A stretch of DNA of 64,000 nucleotides from Auanema rhodensis (Eukaryota; Animalia; Nematoda), in contig OZ059895.1 in NCBI GenBank assembly GCA_964057225.1, positions 11,470,001 through 11,534,000 on the forward strand, in the 5' to 3' direction. The notes beneath the pieces are model-generated. The model did no database searches, was not told the origin of the DNA, and saw only the letters and a list, made by a program, of their open reading frames with translations. Both the position numbers and the translations under genes were made by a program. Positions 27,871-43,900 of the stretch are shown in pieces (within the stretch, counting starts at the first letter, position 1; each line of letters opens with the position of its first letter).

Positions 27871-30800
27871 ACATGAAATTGGGAAAAAATTATAACGAGG
27901 ATAAGTATGTAAATCATTGAATATCAGATATTTTCGCTTACGACCATACCACGTTAAAAGTACGCCATGCCGCTGATTTTCAATTTTAACTCTTCTGTAA
28001 CAAATGTTTTCAATTTTCAAGCAGTTTTACTTAGAAAGCTCAACCCAAGGCAGCAAATTATCTTCAATATTATTTCTATCTTACAGTTATAAACCAGTAG
28101 TGAATGAACCATCATCTTACCCTTACCGTTTCTATCTATTTCCTATCGAAACCAACTTTGTTCAAAAACTATACAACTGTGAAACCTTTTTTAATTTCTT
28201 GTATTTGGAGCTCATAAGATTTGATATCATTGAGAGATCCAGATAGAACGTCGAAAATTACGTAACTAACATGAAATTGGGAAAAAATTATAACGAGGAT
28301 AAGTATGTAAATCATTGAATATCAGATATTTTCGCTTACGACCATACCACGTTGAAAGTACGCCATGCCGCTGATTTTCAATTTTAACTCTTCTGTAACA
28401 AATGTTTTCAATTTTCAAGCAGTTTTACTTAGATAGCTCAACCCAAGGCAGCAATTTATCTTCAATATTATTTCTATCTTACAGTTATAAACCAATAGTT
28501 AATGAACCATCATCTTACCCTTACCGTTTCTATCTATTTCCTATCGAAAGCAACTTTGTTCAAACACTATACAACTGTGAAACCTTTTTTAATTTCTTGT
28601 ATTTGGAGCTCATAAGATTTGATATCATTGAGAGATCCAGATAGAACGTGGAAAATTACGTAACTAACATGAAATTGGGAAAAAATTATAACGAGGATAA
28701 GTATGTAAATCATTGAATATCAGATATTTTCGCTTACGACCATACCACGTTGAAAGTACGCCATGCCGCTGATTTTCAATTTTAACTCTTCTGTAACAAA
28801 TGTTTTCAATTTTCAAGCAGTTTTACTTAGATAGCTCAACCCAAGGCAGCAATTTATCTTCAATATTATTTCTATCTTACAGTTATAAACCAATAGTTAA
28901 TGAATCATCATCTTACCCTTACCGTTTCTATCTATTTCCTATCGAAAGCAACTTTGTTCAAACACTATACAACTGTGAAACCTTTTTTAATTTCTTGTAT
29001 TTGGAGCTCATAAGATTTGATATCATTGAGGGATCCAGATAGAACGTGGAAAATTACATAACTACCATGAAACAGTTATAAACCAGTAGTGAATGAACCA
29101 TCATCTTACCCTTACCGTTTCTATCTATTTCCTATCGAAACCAACTTTGTTCAAAAACTATACAACTGTGAAACCTTTTTTAATTTCTTGTATTTGGAGC
29201 TCATAAGATTTGATATCATTGAGGGATCCAGATAGAACGTGGAAAATTACATAACTACCATGAAATTGGGAAAAAATTGTAACGAGGATAAGTATGTAAA
29301 TCATTGAATATCAGATATTTTCGCTTAGGACCATACCACGTTGAAAGTACGCCATGCCGCTGATTTTCAATTTTAACTATTTTGTAACAAATGTTTTCAA
29401 TTTTCATGCAGTTTTACTCAGATAGCTTAACCCAAGGCAGCAAATTATCTTCAATATTATTTCTATCTTACAGTTATAAACCAATAGTTAATGAACCATC
29501 ATCTTACCCTTACCGTTTCTATCTATTTCCTATCGAAACCAACTTTGTTCAAAAACTATACAACTGTGAAACCTTTTTTAATTTCTTGTATTTGGAGCTC
29601 ATAAGATTTGATATCATTGAGGGATCCAGATAGAACGTGGAAAATTACGTAACTAACATGAAATTGGGAAAAAATTATAACGAGGATAAGTATGTAAATC
29701 ATTGAATATCAGATATTTTCGCTTACGACCATACCACGTTAAAAGTACGCCATGCCGCTGATTTTCAATTTTAACTCTTCTGTAACAAATGTTTTCAATT
29801 TTCAAGCAGTTTTACTTAGATAGCTCAACCCAAGGCAGCAATTTATCTTCAATATTATTTCTATCTTACAGTTATAAACCAATAGTTAATGAATCATCAT
29901 CTTGCCCTTACCGTTTCTATCTATTTCCTATCGAAACCAACTTTGTTCAAAAACTATACAACTGTGAAACCTTTTTTAATTTCTTGTTTTTGGAGCTCAT
30001 AAGATTTGATATCATTGAGGGATCCAGATAGAACGTGGAAAATTACATAACTACCATGAAATTGGGAAAAAATTGTAACGAGGATAAGTATGTAAATCAT
30101 TGAATATCAGATATTTTCGCTTACGACCATACCACGTTAACAGTACGCCATGCCGCTGATTTTCAATTTTAACTCTTCTGTAACGAATGTTTTCAATTTT
30201 CAAGCAGTTTTACTTAGAAAGCTCAACCCAAGGCAGCAAATTATCTTCAATATTATTTCTATCTTACAGTTATAAACCAGTAGTGAATGAACCATCATCT
30301 TACCTTCACTGTTTCTATCTATTTCGTATCAAAAGAAACATTGTTTAAACACTATACAACTGTGAAACCTTTTTTAATTTCTTGTATTTGGAGCTCATAA
30401 GATTTGATATCATTGAGGGATCCAGATAGAACGTGGAAAATTACATAACTACCATGAAATTGGGAAAAAATTGTAACGAGGATAAGTATGTAAATCATTG
30501 AATATCAGATATTTTTGCTTAGGAGCATACCACGTTGAAAGTACGCCATGCCGCTGATTTTCAATTTTAACTCTTTTGTAACAAATGTTTTCAATTTTCA
30601 AGCAGTTTTACTCAGATAGCTTAACCCAAGGCAGCAAATTATCTTCAATATTATTTCTATCTTACAGTTATAAACCAATAGTTAATGAACCATCATCTTA
30701 CCCTTACCGTTTCTATCTATTTCCTATCGAAACCAACTTTGTTCAAAAACTATACAACTGTGAAACCTTTTTTAATTTCTTGTATTTGGAGCTCATAAGA

Positions 30801-30962
30801 TTTGATATCATTGAGGGATCCAGATAGAACGTGGAAAATTACGTAACTAACATGAAATTGGGAAAAAATTATAACGAGGATAAGTATGTAAATCATTGAA
30901 TATCAGATATTTTCGCTTACGACCATACCACGTTAAAAGTACGCCATGCCGCTGATTTTCAA

Positions 30963-33900
30963 TTTTAACTCTTCTGTAACAAATGTTTTCAATTTTCAAG
31001 CAGTTTTACTTAGATAGCTCAACCCAAGGCAGCAATTTATCTTCAATATTATTTCTATCTTACAGTTATAAACCAATAGTTAATGAATCATCATCTTGCC
31101 CTTACCGTTTCTATCTATTTCCTATCGAAACCAACTTTGTTCAAAAACTATACAACTGTGAAACCTTTTTTAATTTCTTGTATTTGGAGCTCATAAGATT
31201 TGATATCATTGAGGGATCCAGATAGAACGTGGAAAATTACATAACTACCATGAAATTGGGAAAAAATTGTAACGAGGATAAGTATGTAAATCATTGAATA
31301 TCAGATATTTTCGCTTACGACCATACCACGTTAAAAGTACGCCATGCCGCTGATTTTCAATTTTAACTCTTCTGTAACGAATGTTTTCAATTTTCAAGCA
31401 GTTTTACTTAGAAAGCTCAACCCAAGGCAGCAAATTATCTTCAATATTATTTCTATCTTACAGTTATAAACCAGTAGTGAATGAACCATCATCTTACCTT
31501 CACTGTTTCTATCTATTTCGTATCAAAAGAAACATTGTTTAAACACTATACAACTGTGAAACCTTTTTTAATTTCTTGTATTTGGAGCTCATAAGATTTG
31601 ATATCATTGAGGGATCCAGATAGAACGTGGAAAATTACATAACTACCATGAAATTGGGAAAAAATTGTAACGAGGATAAGTATGTAAATCATTGAATATC
31701 AGATAATTTTGCTTAGGAGCATACCACGTTGAAAGTACGCCATGCCGCTGATTTTCAATTTTAACTCTTTTGTAACAAATGTTTTCAATTTTCAAGCAGT
31801 TTTACTCAGATAGCTTAACCCAAGGCAGCAAATTATCTTCAATATTATTTCTATCTTACAGTTATAAACCAATAGTTAATGAACCATCATCTTACCTTTA
31901 CTGTTTCTATCTATTTCCTATCGAAACGAACTTTGTTCAAAAACTATACAACTGTGAAACCTTTTTTAATTTCTTGTATTTGGAGCTCATAAGATTTGAT
32001 ATCATTGAGGGATCCAGATAGAACGTGGAAAATTACATAACTACCATGAAATTGGGAAAAAATTGTAACGAGGATAAGTATGTAAATCATTGAATATCAG
32101 ATATTTTCGCTTAGGACCATACCACGTTGAAAGTACGCCATGCCGCTGATTTTCAATTTTAACTCTTTTGTAACAAATGTTTTCATTTTTCAAGCAGTTT
32201 TACTCAGATAGCTTAACCCAAGGCAGCAAATTATCTTCAATATTATTTCTATCTTACAGTTATAAACCAATAGTTAATGAACCATCATCTTACCTTTACT
32301 GTTTCTATCTATTTCCTATCGAAACCAACTTTGTTCAAAAACTATACAACTGTGAAACCTTTTTTAATTTATTGTATTTGGAGCTCATAAGATTTGATAT
32401 TATTGAGGGATCCAGATAGAATGTGGAAAATTACATAACTACCATGAAATTGGGAAAAAATTATAACGAGGATAAGTATGTAAATCATTGAATATCAGAT
32501 ATTTTCGCTTACGACCATACCACGTTGAAAGTACGCCATGCCGCTGATTTTCAATTTTAACTCTTCTGTAACAAATGTTTTCAATTTTCAAGCAGTTTTA
32601 CTTAGATAGCTCAACCCAAGGCAGCAATTTATCTTCATTATTATTTCTATCTTACAGTTATAAACCAATAGTTTATGAATCATCATCTTACCCTTACCGT
32701 TTCTATCTATTTCCTATTGAAACCAACTTTGTTCAAAAACTATACAACTGTGAAACCTTTTTTAATTTATTGTATTTGGAGCTCATAAGATTTGATATCA
32801 TTGAGGGATCCAGATAGAACGTGGAAAATTACATAACTACCATGAAATTGGGAAAAAATTGTAACGAGGATAAGTATGTAAATCATTGAATATCAGATAT
32901 GTTCGCTTACGACCATACCACGTTAAAAGTACGCCATGCCGCTGATTTTCAATTTTAACTCTTCTGTAACGAATGTTTTCAATTTTCAAGCAGTTTTACT
33001 TAGAAAGCTCAACCCAAGGCAGCAAATTATGTTCAATATCATTTCTATCTTACAGTTATAAACCAATAGTTAATGAACCATCATCTTACCTTTACTGTTT
33101 CTATCTATTTCCTATCGAAAGCAACTTTGTTCAAACACTATACAACTGTGAAACCTTTTTTAATTTCTTGTATTTGGAGCTCATAAGATTTGATATCATT
33201 GAGGGATCCAGATAGAACGTGGAAAATTACATAACTACCATGAAATTGAGAAAAAATTGTAACGAGGATAAGTATGTAAATCATTGAATATCAGATATTT
33301 TCGCTTAGGACCATACCACGTTGAAAGTACGCCATGCCGCTGATTTTCAATTTTAACTCTTTTGTAACAAATGTTTTCAATTTTTAAGCAGTTTTACTTA
33401 GATAGCTCAACCCAAGGCAGCAAATTATCTTCAATCTTTTTTCTATCTTACAGTTATAAACCAGTAGTGAATGAACCATCATCTTACCCTTACCGTTTCT
33501 ATCTATTTCCTATCGAAACCAACTTTGTTTAAAAACTATACAACTGTGAAACCTTTTTCAATTTCTTGTATTTGGAGCTCATAAGATTTGATATCATTGA
33601 GGGATCCAGATAGAACGTGGAAAATTACGTAACTAACATGAAATTGGAAAAAACTATAACGAGGATAAGTATGTAAATCATTGAATATCAGATATTTTCG
33701 CTTACGACCATACCACGTTGAAAGTACGCCATGCCGCTGATTTTCAATTTTAACTCTTCTGTAACAAATGTTTTCAATTTTCAAGCAGTTTTACTTAGAT
33801 AGCTCAACCCAAGGCAGCAAATTATCTTCAATATTATTTCTATCTTACAGTTATAAACCAGTAGTGAATGAACCATCATCTTACCCTTACCGTTTCTATC

Positions 33901-36900
33901 TATTTCCTATCGAAACCAACTTTGTTCAAAAACTATACAACTGTGAAACCTTTTTTAATTTCTTGTATTTGGAGCTCATAAGATTTGATATCATTGAGGG
34001 ATCCAGATAGAACGTGGAAAATTACATAACTACCATGAAATTGGGAAAAAATTGTAACGAGAATAAGTATGTAAATCATTGAATATCAGATATTTTCGCT
34101 TAGGACCATACCACGTTGAAAGTACGCCATGCCGCTGATTTTCAATTTTAACTATTTTGTAACAAATGTTTTCAATTTTCAAGCAGTTTTACTCAGATAG
34201 CTTAACCCAAGGCAGCAAATTATCTTCAATATTATTTCTATCTTACAGTTATAAACCAATAGTTAATGAACCATCATCTTACCCTTACCGTTTCTATCTA
34301 TTTCCTATCGAAACCAACTTTGTTCAAAAACTATACAACTGTGAAACCTTTTTTAATTTCTTGTATTTGGAGCTCATAAGATTTGATATCATTGAGGGAT
34401 CCAGATAGAACGTGGAAAATTACATAACTACCATGAAATTGGGAAAAAATTGTAACGAGGATAAGTATGTAAATCATTGAATATCAGATATTTTCGCTTA
34501 GGACCATACCACGTTGAAAGTACGCCATGCCGCTGATTTTCAATTTTAACTCTTTTGTAACAAATGTTTTCAATTTTTAAGCAGTTTTACTTAGATAGCT
34601 CAACCCAAGGCAGCAAATTATCTTCAATCTTTTTTCTATCTTACAGTTATAAACCAGTAGTGAATGAACCATCATCTTACCCGTACCGTTTCTATCTATT
34701 TCCTATCGAAAGCAACTTTGTTCAAAAACTATACAACTGTGAAACCTTCTTTAATTTCTTGTATTTGGAGCTCATAAGCTTTGATATCATTGAGGAATCC
34801 AGATAAAACGTGGAAAATTACGTAACTAACATGAAATTGGAAGAAACTATAACGAGGATAAGTATGTGAAACATTGAATATCAGATATTTTCGCTTAGGA
34901 CCATACCACGTTGAAAGTACGCCATGCCGCTGATTTTCAATTTTAACTCTTTTGTAACAAATGTTTTCAATTTTCAAGCAGTTTTACTCAGATAGCTTAA
35001 CCCAAGGCAGCAAATTATCTTCAATATTATTTCTATCTTACAGTTATAAACCAATAGTTAATGAACCATCATCTTACCCTTACCGTTTCTATCTATTTCC
35101 TATCGAAACCAACTTTGTTCAAAAACTATACAACTGTGAAACCTTTTTTAATTGCTTGTGTTTGGAGCTCATAAGATTTGATATCATTGAGGGGTCCAGA
35201 TAGAACGTGGAAAATTACGTAACTAACATAAAATTGGGAAAAAATTATAACGAGGATAAGTATGTAAATCATTGAATATCAGATATTCTCGCTTACGACC
35301 ATACCACGTTAAAAGTACGCCATGCCGCTGATTTTCAATTTTAACTCTTCTGTAACAAATGTTTTCAATTTTCAAGCAGTTTTACTTAGATAGCTCAACC
35401 CAAGGCAGCAATTTATCTTCAATATTATTTCTATCTTACAGTTATAAACCAATAGTTAATGAATCATCATCTTGCCCTTACCGTTTCTATCTATTTCCTA
35501 TCGAAACCAACTTTGTTCAAAAACTATACAACTGTGAAACCTTTTTTAATTTCTTGTATTTGGAGCTCATAAGATTTGATATCATTGAGGGATCCAGATA
35601 GAACGTGGAAAATTACATAACTACCATGAAATTGGGAAAAAATTGTAACGAGGATAAGTATGTAAATCATTGAATATCAGATATTTTCGCTTACGACCAT
35701 ACCACGTTAAAAGTACGCCATGTCGCTGATTTTCAATTTTAACTCTTCTGTAACGAATGTTTTCAATTTTCAAGCAGTTTTACTTAGAAAGCTCAACCCA
35801 AGGCAGCAAATTATCTTCAATATTATTTCTATCTTACAGTTATAAACCAGTAGTGAATGAACCATCATCTTACCTTCACTGTTTCTATCTATTTCGTATC
35901 AAAAGAAACATTGTTTAAACACTATACAACTGTGAAACCTTTTTTAATTTCTTGTATTTGGAGCTCATAAGATTTGATATCATTGAGGGATCCAGATAGA
36001 ACGTGGAAAATTACATAACTACCATGAAATTGGGAAAAAATTGTAACGAGGATAAGTATGTAAATCATTGAATATCAGATATTTTTGCTTAGGAGCATAC
36101 CACGTTGAAAGTACGCCATGCCGCTGATTTTCAATTTTAACTCTTTTGTAACAAATGTTTTCAATTTTCAAGCAGTTTTACTTAGATAGCTCAACCCAAG
36201 GCAGCAATTTATCTTCAATATTATTTCTATCTTACAGTTATAAACCAATAGTTAATGAATCATCATCTTGCCCTTACCGTTTCTATCTATTTCCTATCGA
36301 AACCAACTTTGTTCAAAAACTATACAACTGTGAAACCTTTTTTAATTTCTTGTATTTGGAGCTCATAAGATTTGATATCATTGAGGGATCCAGATAGAAC
36401 GTGGAAAATTACATAACTACCATGAAATTGGGAAAAAATTGTAACGAGGATAAGTATGTAAATCATTGAATATCAGATATTTTCGCTTACGACCATACCA
36501 CGTTAAAAGTACGCCATGCCGCTGATTTTCAATTTTAACTCTTCTGTAACGAATGTTTTCAATTTTCAAGCAGTTTTACTTAGAAAGCTCAACCCAAGGC
36601 AGCAAATTATCTTCAATATTATTTCTATCTTACAGTTATAAACCAGTAGTGAATGAACCATCATCTTACCTTCACTGTTTCTATCTATTTCGTATCAAAA
36701 GAAACATTGTTTAAACACTATACAACTGTGAAACCTTTTTTAATTTCTTGTATTTGGAGCTCATAAGATTTGATATCATTGAGGGATCCAGATAGAACGT
36801 GGAAAATTACATAACTACCATGAAATTGGGAAAAAATTGTAACGAGGATAAGTATGTAAATCATTGAATATCAGATATTTTTGCTTAGGAGCATACCACG

Positions 36901-38300
36901 TTGAAAGTACGCCATGCCGCTGATTTTCAATTTTAACTCTTTTGTAACAAATGTTTTCAATTTTCAAGCAGTTTTACTCAGATAGCTTAACCCAAGGCAG
37001 CAAATTATCTTCAATATTATTTCTATCTTACAGTTATAAACCAATAGTTAATGAACCATCATCTTACCTTTACTGTTTCTATCTATTTCCTATCGAAACC
37101 AACTTTGTTCAAAAACTATACAACTGTGAAACCTTTTTTAATTTCTTGTATTTGGAGCTCATAAGATTTGATATCATTGAGGGATCCAGATAGAACGTGG
37201 AAAATTACATAACTACCATGAAATTGGGAAAAAATTGTAACGAGGATAAGTATGTAAATCATTGAATATCAGATATTTTCGCTTAGGACCATACCACGTT
37301 GAAAGTACGCCATGCCGCTGATTTTCAATTTTAACTCTTTTGTAACAAATGTTTTCATTTTTCAAGCAGTTTTACTCAGATAGCTTAACCCAAGGCAGCA
37401 AATTATCTTCAATATTATTTCTATCTTACAGTTATAAACCAATAGTTAATGAACCATCATCTTACCTTTACTGTTTCTATCTATTTCCTATCGAAACCAA
37501 CTTTGTTCAAAAACTATACAACTGTGAAACCTTTTTTAATTTATTGTATTTGGAGCTCATAAGATTTGATATCATTGAGGGATCCAGATAGAACGTGGAA
37601 AATTACATAACTACCATGAAATTGGGAAAAAATTATAACGAGGATAAGTATGTAAATCATTGAATATCAGATATTTTCGCTTACGACCATACCACGTTGA
37701 AAGTACGCCATGCCGCTGATTTTCAATTTTAACTCTTCTGTAACAAATGTTTTCAATTTTCAAGCAGTTTTACTTAGATAGCTCAACCCAAGGCAGCAAT
37801 TTATCTTCAATATTATTTCTATCTTACAGTTATAAACCAATAGTTTATGAATCATCATCTTACCCTTACCGTTTCTATCTATTTCCTATTGAAACCAACT
37901 TTGTTCAAAAACTATACAACTGTGAAACCTTTTTTAATTTATTGTATTTGGAGCTCATAAGATTTGATATCATTGAGGGATCCAGATAGAACGTGGAAAA
38001 TTACATAACTACCATGAAATTGGGAAAAAATTGTAACGAGGATAAGTATGTAAATCATTGAATATCAGATATGTTCGCTTACGACCATACCACGTTAAAA
38101 GTACGCCATGCCGCTGATTTTCAATTTTAACTCTTCTGTAACGAATGTTTTCAATTTTCAAGCAGTTTTACTTAGAAAGCTCAACCCAAGGCAGCAAATT
38201 ATGTTCAATATTATTTCTATCTTACAGTTATAAACCAATAGTTAATGAACCATCATCTTACCTTTACTGTTTCTATCTATTTCCTATCGAAAGCAACTTT
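30963..38300. repeat. ~2.2-kb block duplicated at 5172-bp offset (13 monomers)
   Basis: 30983/31381/31779/32177/32575/32973 match 36155/36553/36951/37349/37747/38145. They share the rare markers TTTTCATTTTTC, AGTTTATG, GATATGTTCG and TTATGTTCAA. Confidence 0.9.
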
Positions 38301-40908
38301 GTTCAAACACTATACAACTGAGAAACATTTTTTAATTTCTTGTATTTGAAGCTCATAAGCTTTGATATCATTGAGGAATCCAGATAGAACGTGGAAAATT
38401 ACGTAACTTACATAAAATTGGAAGAAACTATAACGAGGATAAGTATGTGAAACATTGAATATCAGATATGTTCGCTTACGACCATACCACGTTGAAAGTA
38501 CGCCATGCCGCTGATTTTCAATTTTAACTCTTTTGTAACAAATGTTTTCAATTTTTAAGCAGTTTTACTTAGATAGCTCAACCCAAGGCAGCAAATTATC
38601 TTCAATCTTTTTTCTATCTTACAGTTATAAACCAGTAGTGAATGAACCATCATCTTACCCGTACCGTTTCTATCTATTTCCTATCGAAAGCAACTTTGTT
38701 CAAAAACTATACAACTGTGAAACATTTTTTAATTTCTTGTATTTGAAGCTCATAAGCTTTGATATCATTGAGGAATCCAGATAGAACGTGGAAAATTACG
38801 TAACTTACATAAAATTGGAAGAAACTATAACGAGGATAAGTATGTGAAACATTGAATATCAGATATTTTCGCTTAGGACCATACCACGTTAAAAGTACGC
38901 CATGCCGCTGATTTTCAATTTTAACTCTTCTGTAACAAATGTTTTCAATTTTTAAGCAGTTTTACTCAGATAGCTCAACCCAAGGCAGCAATTTATCTTC
39001 AATATTATTTCTATCTTACAGTTATAAACCAATAGTTAATGAATCATCATCTTGCCCTTACCGTTTCAATCTATTTCCTATCGAAACCAACTTTGTTCAA
39101 AAACTATACAACTGTGAAACCTTTTTTAATTTCTTGTATTTGGAGCTCATAAGATTTGATATCATTGAGGAATCCAGATAGAACGTGGAAAATTACGTAA
39201 CTAACATGAAATTGGGAAAAAATTATAACGAGGATAAGTATGTAAATCATTGAATATCAGATATTTTCGCTTACGACCATACCACGTTAAAAGTACGCCA
39301 TGCCGCTGATTTTCAATTTTAACTCTTCTGTAACAAATGTTTTCAATTTTTAAGCAGTTTTACTCAGATAGCTCAACCCAAGGCAGCAATTTATCTTCAA
39401 TATTATTTCTATCTTACAGTTATAAACCAATAGTTAATGAATCATCATCTTGCCCTTACCGTTTCTATCTATTTCCTATCGAAACCAACTTTGTTCAAAA
39501 ACTATACAACTGTGAAACCTTTTTTAATTTCTTGTATTTGGAGCTCATAAGATTTGATATCATTGAGGGATCCAGATAGAACGTGGAAAATTACATAACT
39601 ACCATGAAATTGGGAAAAAATTGTAACGAGGATAAGTATGTAAATCATTGAATATCAGATATTTTCGCTTACGACCATACCACGTTAAAAGTACGCCATG
39701 CCGCTGATTTTCAATTTTAACTCTTCTGTAACGAATGTTTTCAATTTTCAAGCAGTTTTACTTAGAAAGCTCAACCCAAGGCAGCAAATTATCTTCAATA
39801 TTATTTCTATCTTAAAGTTATAAACCAGTAGTGAATGAACCATCATCTTACCCTTACCGTTTCTATCTATTTCCTATCGAAACCAACTTTGTTCAAAAAC
39901 TATACAACTGTGAAACCTTTTTTAATTTCTTGTATTTGGAGCTCATAAGATTTGATATCATTGAGAGATCCAGATAGAACGTGGAAAATTACGTAACTAA
40001 CATGAAATTGGGAAAAAATTATAACGAGGATAAGTATGTAAATCATTGAATATCAGATATTTTCGCTTACGACCATACCACGTTAAAAGTACGCCATGCC
40101 GCTGATTTTCAATTTTAACTCTTCTGTAACAAATGTTTTCAATTTTCAAGCAGTTTTACTCAGATAGCTCAACCCAAGGCAGCAATTTATCTTCAATATT
40201 ATTTCTATCTTACAGTTATAAACCAATAGTTAATGAATCATCATCTTGCCCTTACCGTTTCTATCTATTTCCTATCGAAACCAACTTTGTTCAAAAACTA
40301 TACAACTGTGAAACCTTTTTTAATTTCTTGTATTTGGAGCTCATAAGATTTGATATCATTGAGAGATCCAGATAGAACGTGGAAAATTACGTAACTAACA
40401 TGAAATTGGGAAAACATTATAACGAGGATAAGTATGTAAATCATTGAATATCAGATATTTTCGCTTACGACCATACCACGTTGAAAGTACGCCATGCCGC
40501 TGATTTTCAATTTTAACTCTTCTGTAACGAATGTTTTCAATTTTCAAGCAGTTTCACTTTGAAAGCTCAACCCAAGGCAGCAAATTATCTTCAATATTAT
40601 TTCTATCTTACAGTTATAAACCAGTAGTGAATGAACCATCATCTTACCCTTACCGTTTCTATCTATTTCCTATCGAAACCAACTTTGTTCAAAAACTATA
40701 CAACTGTGAAACCTTTTTTAATTTCTTGTATTTGGAGCTCATAAGATTTGATATCATTGAGGGATCCAGATAGAACGTGGAAAATTACATAACTACCATG
40801 AAATTGGGAAAAAATTGTAACGAGGATAAGTATGTAAATCATTGAATATCAGATATTTTCGCTTACGACCATACCACGTTAAAAATACGCCATGCCGCTG
40901 ATTTTCAA

Positions 40909-43900
40909 TTTTAACTCTTCTGTAACGAATGTTTTCAATTTTCAAGCAGTTTCACTTTGAAAGCTCAACCCAAGGCAGCAAATTATCTTCAATATTATTT
41001 CTATCTTACAGTTATAAACCAGTAGTGAATGAACCATCATCTTACCCTTACCGTTTCTATCTATTTCCTATCGAAACCAACTTTGTTCAAAAACTATACA
41101 ACTGTGAAACCTTTTTTAATTTCTTGTATTTGGAGCTCATAAGATTTGATATCATTGAGAGATCCAGATAGAACGTGGAAAATTACGTAACTAACATGAA
41201 ATTGGGAAAACATTATAACGAGGATAAGTATGTAAATCATTGAATATCAGATATTTTCGCTTACGACCATACCACGTTGAAAGTACGCCATGCCGCTGAT
41301 TTTCAATTTTAACTCTTCTGTAACAAATGTTTTCAATTTTCAAGCAGTTTTACTTAGATAGCTCAACCCAAGGCAGCAAATTATCTTCAATCTTATTTCT
41401 ATCTTACAGATATAAACCAATAGTTAATGAATCATCATCTTACCCTTACCGTTTCTATCTATTTCCTATCGAAAGCAACTTTGTTCAAACACTATACAAC
41501 TGTGAAACCTTTTTTAATTTCTTGTATTTGGAGCTCATAAGATTTGATATCATTGAGGGATCCAGATAGAACGTGGAAAATTACATAACTACCATGAAAT
41601 TGGGAAAAAATTGTAACGAGGATAAGTATGTAAATCATTGAATATCAGATATTTTTGCTTACGACCATACCACGTTAAAAGTACGCCATGCCGCTGATTT
41701 TCAATTTTAACTCTTCTGTAACAAATGTTTTCAATTTTTAAGCAGTTTTACTCAGATAGCTCAACCCAAGGCAGCAATTTATCTTCAATATTATTTCTAT
41801 CTTACAGTTATAAACCAATAGTTAATGAATCATCATCTTGCCCTTACCGTTTCTATCTATTTCCTATCGAAACCAACTTTGTTCAAAAACTATACAACTG
41901 TGAAACCTTTTTTAATTTCTTGTATTTGGAGCTCATAAGATTTGATATCATTGAGGGATCCAGATAGAACGTGGAAAATTACATAACTACCATGAAATTG
42001 GGAAAAAATTGTAACGAGGATAAGTATGTAAATCATTGAATATCAGATATTTTCGCTTACGACCATACCACGTTAAAAATACGCCATGCCGCTGATTTTC
42101 AATTTTAACTCTTCTGTAACGAATGTTTTCAATTTTCAAGCAGTTTCACTTTGAAAGCTCAACCCAAGGCAGCAAATTATCTTCAATATTATTTCTATCT
42201 TACAGTTATAAACCAGTAGTGAATGAACCATCATCTTACCCTTACCGTTTCTATCTATTTCCTATCGAAACCAACTTTGTTCAAAAACTATACAACTGTG
42301 AAACCTTTTTTAATTTCTTGTATTTGGAGCTCATAAGATTTGATATCATTGAGAGATCCAGATAGAACGTGGAAAATTACGTAACTAACATGAAATTGGG
42401 AAAACATTATAACGAGGATAAGTATGTAAATCATTGAATATCAGATATTTTCGCTTACGACCATACCACGTTGAAAGTACGCCATGCCGCTGATTTTCAA
42501 TTTTAACTCTTCTGTAACAAATGTTTTCAATTTTCAAGCAGTTTTACTTAGATAGCTCAACCCAAGGCAGCAAATTATCTTCAATCTTATTTCTATCTTA
42601 CAGATATAAACCAATAGTTAATGAATCATCATCTTACCCTTACCGTTTCTATCTATTTCCTATCGAAAGCAACTTTGTTCAAACACTATACAACTGTGAA
42701 ACCTTTTTTAATTTCTTGTATTTGGAGCTCATAAGATTTGATATCATTGAGGGATCCAGATAGAACGTGGAAAATTACATAACTACCATGAAATTGGGAA
42801 AAAATTGTAACGAGGATAAGTATGTAAATCATTGAATATCAGATATTTTTGCTTACGACCATACCACGTTAAAAGTACGCCATGCCGCTGATTTTCAATT
42901 TTAACTCTTCTGTAACAAATGTTTTCAATTTTTAAGCAGTTTTACTCAGATAGCTCAACCCAAGGCAGCAATTTATCTTCAATATTATTTCTATCTTACA
43001 GTTATAAACCAATAGTTAATGAATCATCATCTTGCCCTTACCGTTTCTATCTATTTCCTATCGAAACCAACTTTGTTCAAAAACTATACAACTGTGAAAC
43101 CTTTTTTAATTTCTTGTATTTGGAGCTCATAAGATTTGATATCATTGAGGGATCCAGATAGAACGTGGAAAATTACATAACTACCATGAAATTGGGAAAA
43201 AATTGTAACGAGGATAAGTATGTAAATCATTGAATATCAGATATTTTTGCTTACGACCATACCACGTTAAAAGTACGCCATGCCGCTGATTTTCAATTTT
43301 AACTCTTCTGTAACAAATGTTTTCAATTTTTAAGCAGTTTTACTCAGATAGCTCAACCCAAGGCAGCAATTTATCTTCAATATTATTTCTATCTTACAGT
43401 TATAAACCAGTAGTGAATGAACCATCATCTTACCCTTACCGTTTCTATCTATTTCCTATCGAAACCAACTTTGTTCAAAAACTATACAACTGTGAAACCT
43501 TTTTTAATTTCTTGTATTTGGAGCTCATAAGATTTGATATCATTGAGGGATCCAGATAGAACGTGGAAAATTACATAACTACCATGAAATTGGGAAAAAA
43601 TTGTAACGAGGATAAGTATGTAAATCATTGAATATCAGATATTTTCGCTTACGACCATACCACGTTAAAAGTACGCCATGCCGCTGATTTTCAATTTTAA
43701 CTCTTCTGTAACGAATGTTTTCAATTTTCAAGCAGTTTCACTTTGAAAGCTCAACCCAAGGCAGCAAATTATCTTCAATATTATTTCTATCTTACAGTTA
43801 TAAACCAGTAGTGAATGAACCATCATCTTACCCTTACCGTTTCTATCTATTTCCTATCGAAACCAACTTTGTTCAAAAACTATACAACTGTGAAACCTTT

